Part shown: positions 1-10,272 of the stretch, piece after piece | How the letters are laid out: each line of letters opens with the position of its first letter | How positions within the stretch are numbered: position 1 is the first letter of the stretch | Notes under the pieces: generated by a model | Databases searched by the model: none | Seen by the model: the letters and a program-made list of their open reading frames with translations, nothing else | What the model was told of the DNA's origin: nothing | NCBI RefSeq assembly: GCF_963506605.1 | Contig: NC_083282.1 | Span: forward strand, 37,138,001 to 37,202,000 | DNA length: 64,000 nt | Reading direction: 5' to 3' | DNA from: Zootoca vivipara | Lineage: Eukaryota | Translations under genes and position numbers: made by a program

Positions 1-533
1 TTGGGTGTGAGGGATTCAAATCTGCTGTTATATTTGCGATTGGACAACATTTAGCTGGCTAAGACTATGTTTGATTAAGAAGCAAATAAACTGCTTTCGG
101 AAAGCCAAATAATTTTAATTTTGCCTCCTGAAAGTGTCAGGTAAAATAATAAATGCATATAATATAAGTAAATAAGAATAATATTAAAATATAAGTACTT
201 GGCAGTCATTTTTAAATTATTTCTATGCAATTTTACACACATTTTTACTTACCAAACAAAATTAGATTAATGTAACCAAAATATCTCTTGAATTCCCAAG
301 TCATTCTATAACTTTTTAGCACCCTTCATTTTGGGAATTTGGGAGTTGAAAAATTCATCATGCCCTAATAGTATGGTGTAAGTCTCCTCCCTGCTCTGAA
401 TCAGATTGCGTCATATGTTATTTTAAATTTATACTGACCTCTCTTCCATGGATATTCATGCATATTGTACCTCTTAACTGCAATTTTACTTTGCTTGAAT
501 CGGTCAGTATGCTGCACCCTTTTTTTCTTTTAG

Positions 534-707
534 TGGGTCGAAGAATTTAAAAGCAGAATGTTGCCTGAAACAGACCCCCGTTACCAGGAGGTCAAAGAAG
601 TCTTTTTGCATCTGATTGACAGCAACAAGGATTTTCCAGGACTCTCTGAGTTCAAGTGGACTATCCATGTGGTGGAGGGGCCAGACATTAATGCTGTTGT
701 GCTTCCA
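534..707 (+). CDS. OMA1: OMA1 internal coding exon (WVEEFKSRMLPETDPRYQEV...GPDINAVVLP)
   Basis: Polypyrimidine+tag acceptor at 531-533 and gtaagt donor at 708; 174 bp, phase 0; translation matches vertebrate OMA1 (WMEEFK...HVVDSPIINAFVLP). Confidence 0.95.
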
Positions 708-838
708 GTAAGTAAAAAATCAAACACAAAAGGTGCGATGTAATAATTCAGAAAGAAGCTACTGACAGCGCATTCCTGTTGTCCTTGGGAGGCCAAAGGA
801 TTTTGCACATCTCCCTCTTGGTGGTGAGGGTGGGGGTG

Positions 839-990
839 GAGGGGTCGTAGCTCAGAGGCAGAACATCTGCCTGCCTTTTCCAGATTCAATCTCTGGCTTC
901 TGCAGGCAGGGCTGAGAATGTCACCAAATCTGGATCCCTGCCAGTCAGTGCGGACAGTACTGGACTTGACTTGGTACCGCTGTCCTTCCT
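839..990 (+). mobile_element. Degraded tRNA(Ala)-headed squamate SINE
   Basis: gtagctcagaggcagaacatctgc head and ctgccagtcagtg body motif shared with copies at 41355 and 62888. Confidence 0.55.
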
Positions 991-1341
991 CTGCCATTAT
1001 TGCTTTCACAGTAGAGAGGGGGGAAAGGTGTTGGAGAAGAAGAGGAGCTTCTGGGACCCAGCCTCCCCTAATCCACATACACGGGTTGACGGGTTGAGAG
1101 AAAACATGTCCTGAAATTTGCGTGCTGATTTTCTCTCCTTTTCTGACCAACGTGCTGAAGAAAAGGAGGAATAAAGAAGAAGCACAACTTCTCTTTTTTT
1201 CCTCCATTCTGTCTCTCACCCCCCGCCCCAATTTTGCTGCTGTGTTGGTGCTGTTCTGGCCGAGCTCTGGGTTCACCCCCCCCATTTCCACTCTGTGAAA
1301 CAATTTGTTTGCAGTATTATTTTTCCTCTCTTTGCCTGCAG

Positions 1342-1449
1342 AATGGACAACTGTTTGTTTTCACTGGTATGCTGTCTGCTGTGTCAGATATCAATGAGCT
1401 GTCTTTCATTTTGGGACATGAACTTGCTCATGCTGTTCTGGGACATGGG
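1342..1449 (+). CDS. OMA1: OMA1 catalytic exon ([36 protein letters not shown]), HExxH zinc-binding motif
   Basis: ttttcctctctttgcctgcag acceptor and gtatgt donor; 108 bp; HELAH M48 motif. Confidence 0.97.
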
Positions 1450-2016
1450 GTATGTATTCTGTTTTAAATAGTGATGTTGCCAAAGCCCCCTGAAACTAAA
1501 AACATACTTGTAGTCATAGTTGACCAATGTTGAGACCACCATATTTGACTGGAATTATCCAGCGATGCTCACAGCCTGCCTCTTTGGGCTAGAAAGCTTT
1601 GCTCCAAATTCTGCATCTGTGGTGTTAATTGAACTGACACAGTCAGAAGTTAGGGGTGTGTAGTACAACTGAATAGTTCTTTATAGGCCTTCCTTACCCA
1701 GGGCTGGTGCTATCCAGCATCCAGTGTTTCTTTTGTCAGCATTGTAGCTTCATACAGTGTTTCTCCAAGTTGGATCTCCAGCTGTTGTTGGACTACAACT
1801 CCCATAATCCTTAGCTAGCAGGATGTGATGGGAATTGTGGTCCAACAACAGCTGGAGAACCAAGTTGGAGAAGTAACAGCAACTTCTGCGTCTTCACGTT
1901 TTGTAAAAAGGGTCAGTAGACAGTGCATCGTTTTGCATACAGAAAACCTTAAATATCCATATGCAAGATTAGGAGATAAATAGGTGGTTTCAAAATACAA
2001 TTTTCCTTGTTTTAAG

Positions 2017-2145
2017 GCAGAGAAGGCGAGCCTGATGCATTTTGTGGATTTCGTGCTCCTCATTTTTCTCATAATGATTTGGGCTGCTTGCCCTGGAGAC
2101 AGCTTAGCAATCGTAGGCCACTGGCTCCAATCTTGGTTTCAAGAG
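2017..2145 (+). CDS. OMA1: OMA1 exon with transmembrane segment ([43 protein letters not shown])
   Basis: ttttccttgttttaag acceptor and gtaagt donor; 129 bp; matches human [31 protein letters not shown]. Confidence 0.95.
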
Positions 2146-2972
2146 GTAAGTTGATCAATGTTCTACAGAGCATTCGTCTAGCTCCTGTTCTTTGTGGGGG
2201 GAGATGGGGAGGTCTCTGTGTTACAGGACACAGTGCTTCATTTAATAGACTATGGACCTGATCTAGCAGTAAACGTACGGTCTTAAGTCAGCTTGCGTGT
2301 TGGATCTAAGAAGCGGAAAGAAACTGCAGTTCAGCCTGGGTGAGTAGCTAATTACAAGCCCTGGCTTGCCTTTCCCCCATGGGAAGCAGATCTTGATCTC
2401 ACTGTTTTTAAAATAAGACAAAGTCGCAACAAATGTAGGTCACTTTGTGGGTGTATTATGCACACTGTCATAGGTGTGGTTTGTTTGTTTTTTAAAAACA
2501 CTATTGGATTGATTCATGAAAGACACATACATTGCCTTCTAGTTTGTAAACTTCAGACTGTTGTGAGCTGGGAGTGAATGCCAGGAAATGGAAGTACTTT
2601 GTTATTTCCCTGGCCGCTGCTATGAGCCAGTAAACATTTTTCTTATAAACTCATTCTGCTGGCCCTAGACATACTACTGAGTGGAGCAGACTTACCTAGA
2701 ATCAATAATTCAAATTCTACTGTAGCATTCATCACCCACAATATTCCATCTCTGGAGGATGGCATGCATTTTGCAATAGAACTTCCTTCTCCTTTTAGGC
2801 CTTTGCATTTCTAAAGGTTAGCTTGATCACCCGGAAAACGATTTAAAATGCAATATTGTTCTTCGTACATCTGTTGAGCCAATATTGTGCTATATTAACA
2901 TTCTTGGGTGAAATCCATAGACCTCCCCAAGTGATCCGAGAACCTCAGATGCCCCGAGATCCTTCCACTTGG

Positions 2973-2973
<1 letters not shown>

Positions 2974-3035
<62 letters not shown>
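2974..3035. repeat. (TTTC)n microsatellite
   Basis: Direct inspection. Confidence 0.95.
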
Positions 3036-3505
3036 TTTCTTTTGCTCCGTGCTACAAGGCTCATTAACCAGGAACCAAGAAGAGAATAAATGGTCCTGCT
3101 CTCCCTGCAAAGTTTCTTATTACACTTGAACTTCCTGCCAGTCAGGAATAAAACCAGAGATTTAGGAAAAGGCAGTTCAGTAACCTAACCTAAAATGGCT
3201 GAGAGACCTGTCAGGATGATCAATGATACTTCAGCACCAGGCTTGCTTTATAGTACACAAGTTGCCAAACCCAGTTCTTCGCTCTCTGTCACATTTGGCA
3301 GTTTCTTTCCCTTCACGCTCCAGAAGTGTAAAATGCCGGTGGTAGCTCTTTTCTTTTTGAAAAGGGAGGTGCCAGGAAAACTTCTGAGGTTGCAGAAATG
3401 TGGTGATTTTATTATTGCTGTTTCTTGGTTTCCACAGCTGTCTGGGTGCTGCTCCCTCTAGCAATATTCCATATTATCCTCTCAAGTAAATGTTGTAACT
3501 TTGTA

Positions 3506-4093
3506 CAGTGGTACCTCGCAAGACAGAGGGACCCAGGTGGTGCTGTGGGTTAAACCACTGAGCCTAGGGCTTGCTGATCAGAAGGTCGGTGGTTCGAATC
3601 CCTGTGACGGGGTGAGCTCCCGTTGCTCGGTCCCAGCTCCTGCCAACCTAGCAGTTCGAAAGCACGTCAAAATGCAAGTAGATAAATAGGAACCGCTACA
3701 GCGGGAAGGTAAACGGCGTTTCCATGTGCTGCTCTGGTTTGCCAGAAGCAGCTTTGTCATGCTGGCCACATGACCTGGAAGCTATACGCCGGCTCCCTCG
3801 GCCAATAATGCGAGATGAGCGCGCAACCCCAGAGTCGGTCACGACTGGACCTAATGGTCAGGGGTCCCTTTACCTTTTACCTCGCAAGACAAAAATAATT
3901 CATTCCGTGGGTCGTGCCGTCTTACGAAAATTTTTGTCTTGTGGAAACAAATGGCAGACGGCAAAAAAAAAAAACCGCCTTGCGAAATGAGGCCATAGAA
4001 AGCTTTGTCTTGCTAGGCAACAAAGAATCGCTAGACGCTTTCGTCTAGCGAGTTTTTCGTTGCGCGAGGCATTCGTCTTGCGAGGTACCACTG
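3506..4093. mobile_element. Tc1/mariner (Tigger/pogo-like) MITE interrupted by a Sauria SINE
   Basis: TIRs CAGTGGTACCTCGCAAGAC / GTCTTGCGAGGTACCACTG flanked by TA. Confidence 0.85.
3526..3877 (+). mobile_element. Sauria SINE (full length)
   Basis: tRNA-like head with B-box GGTTCGAATCC, ACCTTT tail, 14-bp TSD tacctcgcaagaca. Confidence 0.92.
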
Positions 4094-5351
4094 TATTATC
4101 ACTCAGACAACCAGAAGTCAATAAGTCGCATAATAAAATGTGATTTCTGGTGACCCACAAGGCACTGAGCAAGACCATTTTGCTGTACCTCTTTGAAAAG
4201 ATTGCATTCTCAAATTAATTTTTTTAAATTTCATTTGGTACTGTTCATAAACCACCTTTCGTTGTGAAAAATAAGGGCAGTTTACAAAATAACAATATAA
4301 CATAGTTAGTGCCTTGGAATAACCGTATGGCCAGGTAGTTTTTTTTACCAACTGGTAAAAATGTGTTATTTCCAAGTTTAATACATGATTTGTTTGAAAA
4401 ACTGCATCCTCAGAGCACTGATTTAAAAAGGTCCCACTATTGTCAGTGTCACCGAGACACTCTGGAAGGGGAGTATGTTTATGAAATCTGTGGTCCATGC
4501 AAAATACGAGGTATTTCAAATGCAGTTGGAAATACGGTATCAATTCACATGGACTTTGCTCTATTATAGAACTAGGGCAGGGGGCCCTGTGGCCCAGCAG
4601 ATGGTTCCTGACTGCTAGGCATGCAGGCTGGGGCTGATGGGAGTTGGAGTCTATCCACATCTGCAGGCCCCATGTGCTCCCCATACCTGTAGGGTTAAAA
4701 CGAAATGAAATTTGGCAGTATTGTCAAATATCAGGCGGGAAAATCAGGTTTGTAAAAAAAGAAAAAAGGAACAAATGTGGGAACTGAATAAATTCTATTA
4801 CAGCTGAGGAGAGTCTTGAGGCTGTAATACGGCATGTCCATCTTTCATATCCACAATTTACTTTCAGTTGGGCTACTGCACGGGAAACCTGCTATCCAAG
4901 TTTTTTTCTTTTTCTGTCATAATTGCAGTGTGAAGCCTTACAATGTGTGGGTAATTTCCCATGACATTTTGGGAACTGGGCGGCAGGTAGATTGGAGCTG
5001 GGCAGGGCTTTCCTTGGGGCGAGACAGTGCCTTTTCTACAGTCATCCTAAGTTGTCAGCATCTGCCCTCATCACCGCTCTCTCTGACTTTGATCTCTGTG
5101 CTCCGCTGTCACTGCCAGTCGTTGGTTTACATTGTATTATAACTCGCTGATATTTGCATTACATTTTGCATTGAAAAGCTTTAATATGAGGGGGAAAGCA
5201 CTCTGCATATGCACCAAGGTGCTTTTTCCTTAAGACCTCTGCCATGGATTTAAAGGTGAACACACATATTGCGGTGACTCAGTGTTTTTTTTAACCATCT
5301 GTAAAATGGGACCATTGACAGCTAAAGGGTCTAAATGCAATAAAGCACATA

Positions 5352-5707
5352 AAAGGTAAAGGTAACGGGACCCCTGACCATTAGGTCCAGTCGTGACTGA
5401 CTCTGGGGTTGCGGCGTTCATCTCGCGTTATTGGCCGAGGGAGTCGGCGTACAATTTCCAGGTCATGTGGCCCGCATGACAAAGCCGCTTCTGGCGAACC
5501 AGAGCAGTGCATGGAAACGCTGTTTACCTTCCCATCGGAGCGGTACCTATTTATCTACTTGCACTTTGAGGTGCTTTCGAACTGCTAGGTTGGCAGGAGC
5601 TGGGACCAAGCAACGGGAGCTCACCCCGTTGCAGGGATTCGAATCGCCGACCTTCTGATCGGCAAGCCCTAGGCTCTGTGGTTTAACCCACAGCACCACC
5701 TGCGTCC
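5352..5707 (-). mobile_element. Sauria SINE (full length)
   Basis: Reverse-complement homologue of the 3526 copy; 14-bp TSD caataaagcacata. Confidence 0.92.
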
Positions 5708-6264
5708 CAATAAAGCACATAGATGTCTTTTTATCTTTTATCTGATGTGTCTGCAGAATACCTCACTGCTTTTATTATCAAAACCCATCTGGCTGCATGC
5801 ATTTTTAGTTTCCCTTTTTCACCTGTGGTTAGCTCTGGCCTCTTGTCATTATTCGCCAGGCCATGCAAATTCTCCCCGCTTAGCTGCACCCACTACCGGT
5901 ACTTCAATCTATAAAACGCTGGAGGATATCCTATCATTCTGTCTACTATAGACCAGAGAGAGAGAGAGAAAAGTGAAGAAGTATCACTGGCATGCATGAC
6001 TTCTATTGGAACCAAACTCTAGAACACAGCAGGTCCTCAGCCAGGCTGCTAATGCAACTGCTGATTTAGCTGCTTCCTAAATTCCCCAGGAAAAATGTAC
6101 ATCATTCTACAGCTTCTTCTCTAAGCCCTTTGCAGAAAGAGTAGGAGGGGGAACGCTTCTGCTGAAACTTGCCTGTTTGTTGCATGTAAGTTAGGAAAAT
6201 GCTTACTTTGGTTTCAGAAACTGGGAAAAACAAAGTTCTGATGTCTCTTTCCTTTCCCTTCTAG

Positions 6265-6339
6265 TTGCTGTTCAATAGGCCATATAGCAGGACATTGGAA
6301 GCTGAAGCTGACAAAATTGGGCTTTGTTTTGCTGCTAAG
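6265..6339 (+). CDS. OMA1: OMA1 exon ([25 protein letters not shown]), third zinc ligand region
   Basis: cctttcccttctag acceptor and gtaata donor; 75 bp; conserved YSRxxExEAD motif. Confidence 0.96.
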
Positions 6340-6617
6340 GTAATAATAGTTTTTGGCAACAGAATAAATGTTCCTTTGCTTCATTTTAAGTAGACAGTGT
6401 TTTTCACAAATGGTTTTCTGTGTGTAGTTGTACCACCTTAAATAAACGGGTCTTTCCCTTGCCATCTGCTGTATTAGGGTTTTAGAACTCGGGCCAGGAA
6501 GAAGATGAATTTCAAGTAAATCTTCAAAAGGTTTTATTAATGTAATGAAGAATTCAAATAGGAATCAATTCCAGTATAATAGGCAAATAAAAATAAATTC
6601 CAGTGAAAAAATCCCAG

Positions 6618-6649
6618 GACAAGGCCCTGTTTCGACAATTCTTCGTCAG
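6618..6649 (-). ncRNA. Hammerhead-ribozyme-like core, probably a Penelope-like element terminal remnant
   Basis: Minus strand reads CUGACGA-A-GA(AUUG)UC-GAAAC-AGGGCCUU-GUC; helix I not evident. Confidence 0.5.
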
Positions 6650-7191
6650 CAATGTTTTAATGGTCAGAGTGTACCAAGTATGGTTTTAGTCTTGTATTTG
6701 CTGTTTTTGTGTTTTCAAATGTTTTTGATTGTCTTGTATGTAAACGGCCATGAGACGGTTGCTTCGAATGTGATTAATAAAAATGATATTATGAATAATA
6801 ATTTGGGATTTCAGTATGAGGCTCATAAAAATACAAAGAAAATCCTTACCATTTCGTATGTACAGGAATGGGATAACTGTACCACCACTGCCACCTAGTG
6901 TTAGTATTATCATTAGAATTTTTTTATTATTAGAACACACACAAAGTAGTTACTAGCTTGACTGCTGGGAGAGGAACAAAGTTAGTGGACCCCTTATTTT
7001 CACAGGCATTTTGCAAACAGTGCTGTTAACAAGATCTTTTATTCCTCTGGGTGAAAATCCACCAAGCTTCTTTCTAGGGTTGACGGTATTGCCAATGCTT
7101 ATTGGTTTGTTACAATTATATTTGGCCTTTGAGGATACAGAAAAGTAGGAAGCATTTATGCCCGAAGGAGCAGCTGATGCTTCAACATGTA

Positions 7192-7480
7192 CAGTGGTAC
7201 CTCGACTTACGAACGACTCGACAACTGAATTTTTCGAGTTACGAATGGGGGTAATGGCTGCGCGCATACGAATGTCTTGACATCCGGAAAAAAACTGTGG
7301 TGGTTTTAGATAGGGATTTTTCGAATTTTTAGATGGGGTTGCTTCGACTTATGAATTTTTCCATTTCCAATGCATTCCTATGGGAAATCGCGTTTCCAAT
7401 GGCGTTTTTCGACTTACGAATTTTTCAACCTACAAAGGTGCCTTCGGAACGGATTAAATTCGTAAGTCGAGGCACCACTG
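7192..7480. mobile_element. Tc1/mariner (Tigger-like) MITE
   Basis: TIRs CAGTGGTACCTCGACTTACGAA / TTCGTAAGTCGAGGCACCACTG; TA TSD. Confidence 0.88.
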
Positions 7481-8704
7481 TACTTAAAAGGATGACTGGA
7501 TGAAGGGAAACTGCCTTGTTCATATTTATTTGCTTGTTTGCTTTTTCACCTTACTTTCCTCCATTCTGGAACGAAGGGCAGCTTCATATAACAAATGGTT
7601 AAAACCACCATCTTCAAAGAAATATAAAACATAAATAACAAATTCCTCCCTTATTAGAGATATCACAGTGCAGCTGCTTTATTAACCAAGGGCCATAGGC
7701 TCTGTCTCCTGGGGGCTGAGACACTTCCTCCCCCCCATGTGTTTTGTGTTGTGCATGAACGATGTCAGGATGTCGCACGACATCTCCTCAATCGCCTGGA
7801 GAAGCTGGTGCCTCTGATAAGGGCGCACATCTCCCCAGCACACAGTAATATTTATTATCCAAATGCCTGGCGTCTTAACCACAGCTATGGAAGACCTATA
7901 ATTGCCCGGGAGAGTTGTGGGTTTCAGACCATTCCAGCCTAGGAAGGTATTTGAGTACTAAGCCAAAACAAGGGAAAGGGTTAATCAGATATTTATAGGA
8001 AAAGTGATGCCACTGAGAAAAATATTTGAAAAGAAATGTAACTTGGGACCATGTAAATGTGCTGGTTGCTGGAGAGAGATCCAGATCTGTGGGATCAGTG
8101 CTGCTACAAATGCTTTGATTGTTAACCAAAACTCTTTAAAAAACCAACAACAACACACACACACACACACTCTCTCTCTTTCTGTGTGTGTTAATTCAGA
8201 GAAGTATCGGGTTTCAAGCCAAATAAAGATTTATTTATTTATTTATAAACCAGCTCTTCCCTTCTTTCCTTCCGTGGCATGTTTATTTGTCTCGAGCACT
8301 TTATAAGTCTGTTTCCATTTCATCCATTTTGCTGCAGCAGCTCCTTCTTTGCCTGTAAAGGTCAAGAACTTAACCCAGATGGTTTTGCTTCTATTAGCAT
8401 AATTGGTATCTCCTCCTCTTGCATTGGCATATGTGCACAAATGCCACCTGTTCCGTTTCAAGAGTTGTTTGCATTTGCAGGCACTGTGCGGTTTTCTCAT
8501 GACTCGACTTCCAGTCTTCAATACCTTTATTTTTTAAAAAAAATCAAAAATCAATATAGGTTGGTTTTGGTTTTTTTAAAAACAATTTCCCAGTGTTAGT
8601 TGGGTAATGTTAAGCAGTTCTTCCTTTTACTCTTCCTTTAGCATTTAGCATATGCTAAATTATAACCCAGTAGTTCTGTAATTTTAATTTTAATTCATAA
8701 CCCA

Positions 8705-8986
8705 GGAGAGCCAGTGTGGTGTAGTGGTTAAGAGCGGTAGACTCGTAATCTGGGGAACTGGGTTCGTGTCTCCGCTCCTCCACATGCAGCTGCTGGGTGA
8801 CCTTGGGCTAGTCACACTTCTCTGAAGTCTCTCAGCCTCACTCACCTCACAGAGGGTTTGTTGTGGGGGAGGAAGGGAAAGGAGAATGTTAGCCGCTTTG
8901 AGACTCCTTCGGGTAGTGATAAAGTGGGATATCAAATCCAAACTCTTCTTCTTCTTCTTCTTCTTCTTCTTCTTCTTCTTCTTCTT

Positions 8987-9015
<29 letters not shown>
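8705..9015 (+). mobile_element. MIR/Ther1-derived CORE SINE (Squam3-like) with (TTC)n tail
   Basis: tRNA head gtggtgtagtggttaagagc...ggttcg, CORE-like gggtgaccttgggctagtcac, long TTC tail. Confidence 0.85.
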
Positions 9016-9018
<3 letters not shown>

Positions 9019-9482
9019 CATTAGCAAGATCCAGCCTTTCATTTGATATAAATGCTCATTTATTTTACTTTTTTCTCTTTCCCATGGTTTTCTTCTTTAA
9101 CCAGTTTTCCCTTGATATCATAACATTTATGATACTTTGCCACTTACATTTCCCTTCTAGAAAATGTATTCTTCTGCTGCCAGCTCTGACTATTATCGTC
9201 TCAGGTTTCATGCATGGTGAGTCATTCAGAGTTGCATCTGAACCAGCTCATCTGCCAAGCACTTTTTGCTCAGCCCAGATATTAACAACTTGATTTTATT
9301 TTGTTAAGGCTATACCTGTTGCTCCCAAGAGTTTCAGAGCACTGAAGACGTGGAGAAACCTACTTATCTAACTATGCTTTTTCTCTGCTTTTAATGTGAA
9401 GGAAACGGCCAGTGATGTTTACAAGCATCTTAAGATTTCAGTTCGGTATCTTTCTGAGATATCGCCTTCTCTTTCTTTCTAG

Positions 9483-9632
9483 GCTTGTATGGATGTAAGA
9501 GCAAGTTCTGTATTCTGGCAGAAAATGGAGCTCGCTGAGACTCTTACAGGGCAACCAAGAGTGCCAGAATGGTTTTCTACACACCCCTCCCATGAGAATC
9601 GAGCTGAGCATTTGGACAGAATTATTCCAGAG
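9483..9632 (+). CDS. OMA1: OMA1 penultimate coding exon ([16 protein letters not shown]...[23 protein letters not shown])
   Basis: ctttctttctag acceptor and gtgagg donor; 150 bp; STHPS motif of M48 proteases. Confidence 0.96.
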
Positions 9633-9897
9633 GTGAGGTTGTTTGGGGTTTTTTGGTGTGTTTAAACTGAGTATCATTTTTCACATGTCTTTCCCATCCT
9701 TCTTTGAGTTTCCAAGGGTGGTATATATAGGATTGATTCGCACACGCACACACTCCAAATCTAATGGTCATTATGGGTTGCTTTCTTTGCTCGCAATTTT
9801 CTAAGACAAAGTACAAATACAAGTACTTGGTGCATATTGCTTAGATTTACTGAAATCTATCTTGCGGCATACCTTCAGCTTTTTCGCAGGAACAAAT

Positions 9898-10142
9898 ACT
9901 ACTACTACTAATAATAATAATAAAAATAATATATTATTTATACCCCGCCCATCTGGCTGGGTTTCTCCAGCCACTCTGGGCAGTTTCCAACAGAAATATT
10001 AAAATACAATAATTTATTAAACATTAAAAGCTTCCCTAAACAGGGCTGTCCTTTGAGAGATGTCCTCTAAAAGTCTGGTAGTTGTTTTTCTCTTTGACAT
10101 GTGGTGGGAGGGCGTTCCACAGGGCGGGCGCCACTACCGAGA
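9898..10142 (-). mobile_element. L2 LINE 3' end
   Basis: Reverse complement homologous to the L2 3' end at 41581-41890 (ORF2 C-terminal FSVVAPALWNALP and 3' UTR). Confidence 0.8.
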
Positions 10143-10272
10143 AACTGCTAGGTTGGCAGGAGCAGGGACCAAACAACGGGAGCTCACCCAGTCATGGGGA
10201 TTCGAACCGCCGACCGTCTGATCGGCAAGCCCTAAGCTCAGTGGTTTAGGCCACAGTGCCACCCAGGTCCCA
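10143..10272 (-). mobile_element. Sauria SINE 5' portion fused to the L2 tail
   Basis: actgctaggttggcagg...ggattcgaacc...gccacccaggtccc. Confidence 0.85.

Noticed and set aside
581-1303. 240-aa minus-strand ORF
   Set aside because: Antisense to an OMA1 exon and spanning an intronic SINE; no recognisable homology.
8858-9293. Poly-Leu and poly-Phe ORFs (also 2856, 12988, 16077, 16182, 39345)
   Set aside because: Translations of microsatellites or SINE tails.
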